DNA from: a virus
Lineage: Duplodnaviria > Caudoviricetes
Direction: 5' to 3' (one strand)
Virus record (IMG/VR): IMGVR_UViG_3300038393_000800
Coordinates: 1-48,668 of that record
Length of the DNA stretch: 48,668 nucleotides
Part shown: one piece after another, positions 42,922 through 48,668 of the stretch
Numbering within the stretch: position 1 is the first letter of the stretch
How the letters are laid out: each line of letters opens with the position of its first letter
Program-made: the position numbers and the translations under genes
The notes under the pieces: generated by a model
The model's input: the letters and a program-made list of their open reading frames with translations, nothing else
Databases searched by the model: none
Told to the model about the DNA's origin: nothing

Positions 42922-43177
42922 TGATTTTTCTATACTCCCATTTTGGTGAGTGAACTGTTTTGTATGCGCTAAAGTATAGATCACGCCCAATCCAACTATA
43001 TCGCTTTTGAGCTTTCCTCTCGATGTACTCCAGCCAGCGACAGTCGCGATGACCTATTTTGATTGGATACCAAGCAAACCACTTATTCCAATCCATCATA
43101 GCGTTGCAGCGCGCTTCAAGCTTTCTTCTTTTTATATCTCGCTTCTCTTCTGCAGTTGGTCCGCAATCAAACTTCAT
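42914..43177 (-). CDS. Hypothetical protein, tandem paralog D1
   Basis: MKFDCG...W.KWFAWYP......CRWLEY.E...W.YRKI. Confidence 0.75.
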   Translation of the reverse strand: MKFDCGPTAEEKRDIKRRKLEARCNAMMDWNKWFAWYPIKIGHRDCRWLEYIERKAQKRYSWIGRDLYFSAYKTVHSPKWEYRKIND

Positions 43178-43434
43178 TTGCCGATCTTCCTATACTGCCA
43201 ATTTTGATACCACCACGTATCAACGTGATCTAATTTATTCTTTATAGAACTATAATAGACTGGTTTAAGACGCGTCTCGACGTACTCCAGCCAGCGACAG
43301 TCGTTCTCATCTACTCGAACGGGATACCAAGCAAACCACTGGTGCCATTCAACAAGAGATTCGATGCGCTTCTTGAACTCTTCTTTCTTCTTCTTTTCCT
43401 TAGCCTCTGGGCTCATTCCACAGTTGAACTTCAC
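43174..43434 (-). CDS. Hypothetical protein, tandem paralog D2
   Basis: MKFNCG...W.QWFAWYP......CRWLEY.E...W.YRKI. Confidence 0.75.
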   Translation of the reverse strand: MKFNCGMSPEAKEKKKKEEFKKRIESLVEWHQWFAWYPVRVDENDCRWLEYVETRLKPVYYSSIKNKLDHVDTWWYQNWQYRKIGK

Positions 43435-44591
43435 GTATCTCTCTCCTCATCGTAGAAAGCAACAGCAATCGGGAAACGCGGGACTCCGTCAGGTGTTAGG
43501 TTCGGGTACCTAATGGTGGCAAATTTAGGAACGTTTCCCAGTCTGACTTGTCTAAGAAGCTCGATTCCCGATTCACGACTTCCTTTGATTCCGGCTTCTG
43601 GATATCGTCCTGCTCTGGGAATCTTTCCATCTGAAGTTGTCTTGAGCTTGAAGACGCATCGCTTTGCTGCTCCTGCCCAGTTGCCTCTACCTTCTTCGAT
43701 CGCGACGACTTTGAACTCTTCATCCTGAAATTCCTTGCGCTTGATAAGCCTTATATCACGCTTGGGACCGTTAAGGTACTCCATGTCGAGACGAATCATC
43801 TGACCCTCGTACTCATTCTCTAAGTACTCAGCGTAGATAGAATCTAATTCACCCAGATCATCGGCTACGACTGTATCAACGAGTACGATCTTCACTGAAT
43901 TGATCAGTGGAAATACTTCTTTATTGAGGAAATCAAAGCGCTCTGAGAACGTTCCAGGATGCGACGGACAGTCGTACACATGGTATTCCACCATCTCCTC
44001 AGCGTTTGCCAAATCTTGTAGCGTGGGTTTCGTCTGCTTGATGAGGCTACTAACTTTGTTAAAGTCGTTTCGGAGAGAGTGATTATACAGCTCTCCATCA
44101 AGCCTGAGTCCTGGGAAAGCTTTAAAGCATTCAGATAGACTCTCCGAGATGTGGGAAACTGTGTGAAAAGGCTTTCCGGCTCTGGAGATTGCTCCTTCAA
44201 CAGTGAAAGAGGCACGAATTCCATCAAGCTTTGGCTGGGAATAAACCGGATATACGATATTTTTCTGAACGTCTTTCCACTTCGTAGCGAGCATGGGAGA
44301 GAAGAACTTCATCCCAGATCCAGCTTCCTTAGCTTCCTCTAGAGTTCGATAATACTTCTTCTCAAGCTTACGCTCATACAGTGATTTAACTTCACGAAGA
44401 GCCTGCTCCTCTGCAGTAGTTGCATTGGAGCGACCAACGTTTTTAGCTTCAACTGCAGACCAGCCAGATGTTACCTGCTTTCCATCGAATAAGCCGGACA
44501 CGGTGCGATGCTTGCCTCCCTCAGTCTGCATATACCAGATGCGGACTTTTCCATTGGAGTCAATGTTCCATAGTTTATCGTGTGTGATCAT
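43431..44591 (-). CDS. lig: ATP-dependent DNA ligase
   Basis: PMLA, QPKLDGIR (motif I), LDGELY, YHVYD, EGQMIR, K.K.F.D.EF, and G.PRFP. Confidence 0.95.
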   Translation of the reverse strand: MITHDKLWNIDSNGKVRIWYMQTEGGKHRTVSGLFDGKQVTSGWSAVEAKNVGRSNATTAEEQALREVKSLYERKLEKKYYRTLEEAKEAGSGMKFFSPMLATKWKDVQKNIVYPVYSQPKLDGIRASFTVEGAISRAGKPFHTVSHISESLSECFKAFPGLRLDGELYNHSLRNDFNKVSSLIKQTKPTLQDLANAEEMVEYHVYDCPSHPGTFSERFDFLNKEVFPLINSVKIVLVDTVVADDLGELDSIYAEYLENEYEGQMIRLDMEYLNGPKRDIRLIKRKEFQDEEFKVVAIEEGRGNWAGAAKRCVFKLKTTSDGKIPRAGRYPEAGIKGSRESGIELLRQVRLGNVPKFATIRYPNLTPDGVPRFPIAVAFYDEERDT

Positions 44592-45028
44592 AGGCCCTCT
44601 AGTAATCTGAGTTGATTTCTAATCATCATGAGCGTTTTTCCCAAATGATTATCCCCTTTGCCGTTGCAAATACCCCAGCACGTGTCGCCCCAGGTATTTC
44701 CTTCAACAAGCTCTTCATCGCCAGTTGCTAAGAGCTTCTCCTTCAGATCAGAGTGCTCGCTGAACTTATAAAAGTTAACGTCCCACATCACGTTGAACTT
44801 AGTAAGTTCATGCCAGTGAGGTGTGGTGATAGGCAAAGACCTACCATATATCATCGCTTCTCTGGGAGTCTTCAAGCTTTGAATATGACGATGAAACTCC
44901 TCATCATCCCAGCGCTTAGCAGCTTGATAAGCGTGCTCAGTTGTTGGATAGATCAATCCTAAGTGATCGATCTTACATTCGTGAAAATTTGAAAGCCACC
45001 TGTACTTACCACGAAATTGATCTATCAT
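44588..45028 (-). CDS. NADAR (YbiA-like) family protein
   Basis: WLSNF, YPTTEHAYQAAK, KF......LLATGD..LVEGNTWGD..WG......N.LG..LM..R. Confidence 0.92.
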   Translation of the reverse strand: MIDQFRGKYRWLSNFHECKIDHLGLIYPTTEHAYQAAKRWDDEEFHRHIQSLKTPREAMIYGRSLPITTPHWHELTKFNVMWDVNFYKFSEHSDLKEKLLATGDEELVEGNTWGDTCWGICNGKGDNHLGKTLMMIRNQLRLLEGL

Positions 45029-45031
45029 TTA

Positions 45032-45226
45032 TTACTTTCTCAGTACGATGATTCGACCATCGTGATCAACACAAGCGGGAATGAGATCACGTGCTCCTAA
45101 AGTAGTTCCCCTGACGTATCCCGCATCTATGCAATCCCGAGTCAATTGTTCATTCATCTTTACAGCGCCGTAGAGAAGGACACCACAAACAGCAAAGAAA
45201 ATAATCCAAGGAATGATCCACTTCAT
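45032..45226 (-). CDS. Small membrane-anchored protein
   Basis: N-terminal TM segment and two Cys. Confidence 0.55.
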   Translation of the reverse strand: MKWIIPWIIFFAVCGVLLYGAVKMNEQLTRDCIDAGYVRGTTLGARDLIPACVDHDGRIIVLRK

Positions 45227-45537
45227 ACCGCGTATACATCCTCTTTGATTTCAGCTGCTTGCTGAGACGAAACTTGAGTCAAGATGTTCTTAAACACATC
45301 GATATTCGTCGGTCTCAAAGGACGAAAGTGATCCGATAAAAACCAACACTCACAGTAGATGTCTCCGTACCACCTCTCGTGATTCACGATTTCATAGAGT
45401 CGGATGCAAAGATCACCATCATTCATCATCTGACGGATAGTGTACACTTGTCCCAACTTCGGGGTGATCTCACCAGCAGTGAACGTAAACTCATCGTTGA
45501 TGCACACCACCCTCTGATCGAGCTCAAACTCCCACAT
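45223..45537 (-). CDS. Hypothetical protein
   Basis: VVCIND...G.VYTIR...L.EIVN......F....FRPL; GAGGA RBS. Confidence 0.65.
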   Translation of the reverse strand: MWEFELDQRVVCINDEFTFTAGEITPKLGQVYTIRQMMNDGDLCIRLYEIVNHERWYGDIYCECWFLSDHFRPLRPTNIDVFKNILTQVSSQQAAEIKEDVYAV

Positions 45538-46810
45538 CGGTATCATCCTCTGCTTGAATGTAGTCAGCCCATTTATAATCACCCCAGAGCCAACGTATAC
45601 CATTTACTTTCGTACCGGAGCCGAGGTTCTTTCCGATGAATCTTTTGATGTGATCGACAACAGCTTTCTTGTTATCTTTACCCCACACAGCGAATATCGT
45701 GGAGCGTTGAGTCTGAGGCCAGTCTTGAGACGCTAATGCAAACGCTTTTTTATCACCTTTATGATTGCTATAACTCACGTGATACAGCGACCATATAACA
45801 TCGATGGATTCTCTTAGACCACAAGTGAAATCATCCACGTAGGCTTGCAGGGCTTTTTTGTCGTGCTCCAGAAGGAACGGAAGAACGTCATCGGTCTTCT
45901 CATTGATGATCATCTCAACGACGCGCTTCTCTTGAAGGATGGATTCTTTAGCTCGGTGGATGCGACAGTACCACTCACCTTTGATCTTACACATATTCCC
46001 ATCATCAAAGCGAACGACGTAGCCTTCAATCCCCTCTTTTTCACGAACACCTGCAACGAACTCCTCACTATTGACGATCTTCTCTTCTGGAAGTGTATTA
46101 CATACCGGAATTTTAAAACGGTTAGCAAAATGCCACATATGATCATAAGGCATATATGATCCAGTAACATTGTCACGTACAGCAGTAAGAACGAGTTTAT
46201 CTTGAGGATAGTCGACAACGATCCGCTGTTTACGTGAACACCATTCAAAGATCGGAGTCAGATCATGATAGATGCACTCCTCAGCAAACTTATTATAGTT
46301 CTGATGAGAAGCGACGAATTCCTCTACTTGCATTCCCACGTGAGTGATGCCCATTTTTGTACCCCAGCGAATGGTATACATACCATTTCGATGAGTATCT
46401 AATCCTTCGCGCGGAATGGGAATAGGCGTGATCATCGATCCATCGAGTTTATCCATGATCACGTGAGGACGAGAGAAGTCTACATTCTCAATGAATGTTT
46501 CCTGTTTCTCCCCTACATTGAAGAATTTATGCAGACGGCGCGCGATTACAGTTCCATCGACACCAAAGACGATTCCACGACACTCGCGAAGGATAGCTGC
46601 GTTGACATCGTACGTTGGTTTCCAATCGAGAGGTTTTCTACATAGCTTTGTCCAATTGTCTACTAATACAGGAGGAAACGTACCGCTGTCAGCCATCACA
46701 TAGTTGATGATAGTATGACGATCGCATTCCTTGACGATGAACTCAGGCTTGTCTTTGATAACCGCTAGAACTTGGGCGATGTTCGTGATGTGAGGAAACG
46801 TGTAGTTCAT
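45524..46810 (-). CDS. rnlA: RNA ligase 1 family (T4 RnlA-like)
   Basis: RECRGIVF, HKFFNVGE, MDKLDGSMI, FEW....RIVV.Y, EGYVV.F, KIK..WY..H. Confidence 0.92.
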   Translation of the reverse strand: MNYTFPHITNIAQVLAVIKDKPEFIVKECDRHTIINYVMADSGTFPPVLVDNWTKLCRKPLDWKPTYDVNAAILRECRGIVFGVDGTVIARRLHKFFNVGEKQETFIENVDFSRPHVIMDKLDGSMITPIPIPREGLDTHRNGMYTIRWGTKMGITHVGMQVEEFVASHQNYNKFAEECIYHDLTPIFEWCSRKQRIVVDYPQDKLVLTAVRDNVTGSYMPYDHMWHFANRFKIPVCNTLPEEKIVNSEEFVAGVREKEGIEGYVVRFDDGNMCKIKGEWYCRIHRAKESILQEKRVVEMIINEKTDDVLPFLLEHDKKALQAYVDDFTCGLRESIDVIWSLYHVSYSNHKGDKKAFALASQDWPQTQRSTIFAVWGKDNKKAVVDHIKRFIGKNLGSGTKVNGIRWLWGDYKWADYIQAEDDTDVGV

Positions 46811-46815
46811 TTCAT

Positions 46816-47043
46816 CTATTCCTCGGATACGTACTCAAGAGGCGGGCGCTTCTTCCTGACGCGTCCAACGACTTTTACAATCAAGAACTCATCTGCATTT
46901 TCAGCGTAGATGAGATTTGCAGCGTGATCGATAGCTCCGGCGTGAGAAGCGTAAGTGCGACGAACGTTTGGTGACATCACAAAGAAATTGCCGCGTCCCT
47001 CATTGAAGGAGCTGGGATTAGTTGTGCTTACGTTCTTGCTCAT
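46816..47043 (-). CDS. Hypothetical protein (start uncertain)
   Basis: Co-directional ORF filling the gap. Confidence 0.5.
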   Translation of the reverse strand: MSKNVSTTNPSSFNEGRGNFFVMSPNVRRTYASHAGAIDHAANLIYAENADEFLIVKVVGRVRKKRPPLEYVSEE

Positions 47044-47399
47044 CATAGTAAGATCCACGTTGTTATGAGGATGCATGTGAAGTGAATCAGCTGATCAAAA
47101 CCGATCACGACAAACGCGTAGTGATTTTCATTTTCTTTAAAAAGTCTAGAGGAGACTCTAGACGTATAGTAATCCGTGATCCAGTGAAGTATACCATTTG
47201 TAAACATCCAGATCACTGCAGCAGTAAGTCCAAGCCATATGAATGCACAGATTCCCATAACACACGTATATGTGAGTACGTGAAGTGTAAGCCATAGATT
47301 GCTTGTGCTCTTCTTCGTCGCCATGTTATTAGATTGAAGAACAAAGTCAGCAACCCAATGTTGGAACATGAAACTAAACAGAAGAGGTACACTGATCAT
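47043..47399 (-). CDS. DUF3307-like membrane protein
   Basis: HWVADFVLQ...MA..K...L..H..Y...H...D......G.DQ..H. Confidence 0.85.
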   Translation of the reverse strand: MISVPLLFSFMFQHWVADFVLQSNNMATKKSTSNLWLTLHVLTYTCVMGICAFIWLGLTAAVIWMFTNGILHWITDYYTSRVSSRLFKENENHYAFVVIGFDQLIHFTCILITTWILL

Positions 47400-47562
47400 C
47401 AGTCTCCTCCATAGTCTTGACGATGTTCTTAGCGAGATCCAAAGATGACGTTGCTCCCAACACTCTCCATCCGAAGAACCAACCTTGATACTCTTCGATC
47501 TTCCAGTGCAGTTTATTATTCACCGATGTAGGTGTAAGTCTTACTTTTCTCTTTGCCATCAC
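47374..47562 (-). CDS. Hypothetical protein
   Basis: Coupled overlaps. Confidence 0.5.
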   Translation of the reverse strand: MMAKRKVRLTPTSVNNKLHWKIEEYQGWFFGWRVLGATSSLDLAKNIVKTMEETDDQCTSSV

Positions 47563-47846
47563 ACTCGAGCTTTCAGAGTTCCGAGTTGTGATTTAAGCTT
47601 CTGATTCTCACTTTCAAGATCAGAGATCTTCTTAGCCATGCCGACTTGCATGAGCGCCGAGTACTCAAGTGTCATTCGTTCAGACATCTGAACGGCTTCT
47701 GACTTCTCCAACTCCTCGAGTAGATCATCTCCGTGACGTCTCATGAAGAACTCGAAATGACCGAGATTATCGAGTGTGTATCCGGTGGGAGACTTCATCC
47801 ACTCGACGTGTTTACGAAAAGTGTTGATCTCATTTTGTGTAAGCAT
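47559..47846 (-). CDS. Hypothetical protein
   Basis: AAGGA RBS; coiled-coil C-terminus. Confidence 0.6.
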   Translation of the reverse strand: MLTQNEINTFRKHVEWMKSPTGYTLDNLGHFEFFMRRHGDDLLEELEKSEAVQMSERMTLEYSALMQVGMAKKISDLESENQKLKSQLGTLKARV

Positions 47847-47847
47847 A

Positions 47848-48668
47848 TTAGTCCTTTTCGGTCAAGAGGAAGTGATTGTTTATCGCTTTGAATGAGACGC
47901 TTCCATCAACCATCGATTTGAATACGACACCTTCACCGACTGGATGACGAATGGATGGTTTATCAGCGTATTGAATAAAATCAGCTACCGACTTAAAGTT
48001 GCGGAAGTCGATAACGTTGATGATCATCACGTGAGTGCAGACGTCTCTATGCCAAAGAGCCTCGAGTTTCTTCATGAACTCCATACGTTCCTGATGTGTC
48101 AGGTACTTTCCGGCGTCGATGTCAAAGACGTCGAAAACGAAGAATCGATGAAAATCAAATCCTTCTCGATTTCCCTGAACACCGGGACCCATTACTTCTC
48201 CTTGAAGAGCAACGTTTCTACCGATTGTGACTAGAGCTTCAATGACGCGACCGCTTATAGCAGTTTTCCAGAAAACGTTATCCAGATCACGCTTAAGATC
48301 TAAGTTACGTGAGCACACACCGTACGTCTGATCTTTGTGGTATACGGTCATCGACGAACCATCGAGCTTGATCGTCGCTTCGAACAAAGACCTATCGTTG
48401 ATAGCGTCCTCGTCGTTCTCAATGAACTTACGCTCAAACCACATATCACCGGACTTAAATGCAGTGATCACCTGATCACCATCGACTACTTCGAAACCGG
48501 CTTCGAGATTTGCAATAGTGTCTGGATCTGTGATCTCAACTACTTCCGATTTGCCGTATTTGATCCAGTTCTCGATCGAACGATAGCAGTTCTGAATGCG
48601 CTCCTGATCGGTCTTGTGAAGAAACGATGGGAAGTTACCCTTCACCGTTCCAGCGAGATTAGCTGGCA
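47848..48668 (-). CDS. RNA ligase, DRB0094/Rnl2-like family (5' end beyond window)
   Basis: FPSFL.KTDQERIQN, KLDGSSMTVY, VCSRN, QGEVMGPGVQGN, FFVFDVFDI, EGVVFK and SFKAINN.FL. Confidence 0.9.
   Translation of the reverse strand, partial: PANLAGTVKGNFPSFLHKTDQERIQNCYRSIENWIKYGKSEVVEITDPDTIANLEAGFEVVDGDQVITAFKSGDMWFERKFIENDEDAINDRSLFEATIKLDGSSMTVYHKDQTYGVCSRNLDLKRDLDNVFWKTAISGRVIEALVTIGRNVALQGEVMGPGVQGNREGFDFHRFFVFDVFDIDAGKYLTHQERMEFMKKLEALWHRDVCTHVMIINVIDFRNFKSVADFIQYADKPSIRHPVGEGVVFKSMVDGSVSFKAINNHFLLTEKD

Noticed and set aside
329-48234. Numerous short antisense or alternate-frame ORFs nested in long genes (e.g. 329..643, 1191..1637, 8159..8524, 33209..33898, 36411..36827, 43496..44610)
   Set aside because: These are shadow ORFs of well-supported genes, with no RBS or motif support.

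Overview
This is a segment of a T4-like (Tevenvirinae-related) myovirus genome, probably infecting an alphaproteobacterium. The host inference rests on the permuted two-piece tmRNA and the style of the tail-fibre module. The window holds a baseplate/tail module: gp8, gp7, gp6, gp25, a split gp5, gp27, gp53, gp48, gp4, gp2, gp54, gp26/gp51, a tape-measure-like protein with two peptidoglycan hydrolase domains, and a holin. Blocks of small early genes, driven by repeated sigma70-like promoters, interrupt this module. It is followed by gp32, gp59 and gp33, a non-coding RNA cluster (tmRNA plus two unidentified structured RNAs), and a nucleic-acid repair cluster (kinases, DNA ligase, NADAR, two RNA ligases). 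The most notable observations are: (1) a start-codon-less gp51 frame reachable by a -1 frameshift at a U_UUU_UUC site ending gp26; (2) gp5 split into two genes 11 kb apart, with the N-terminal OB-fold fused to a tail-fibre module; (3) a possible ribosome-rescue toolkit of two-piece tmRNA, an unannotated ArfA-like peptide and RNA ligases; (4) a 132-nt kissing-loop RNA; (5) an antitoxin-N-terminus-like micro-protein; (6) RBS-sequestering hairpins containing late promoters; and (7) a perfect 32-bp palindrome beside an ATPase gene. All family assignments come from motif recognition and synteny by eye; no searches were run.
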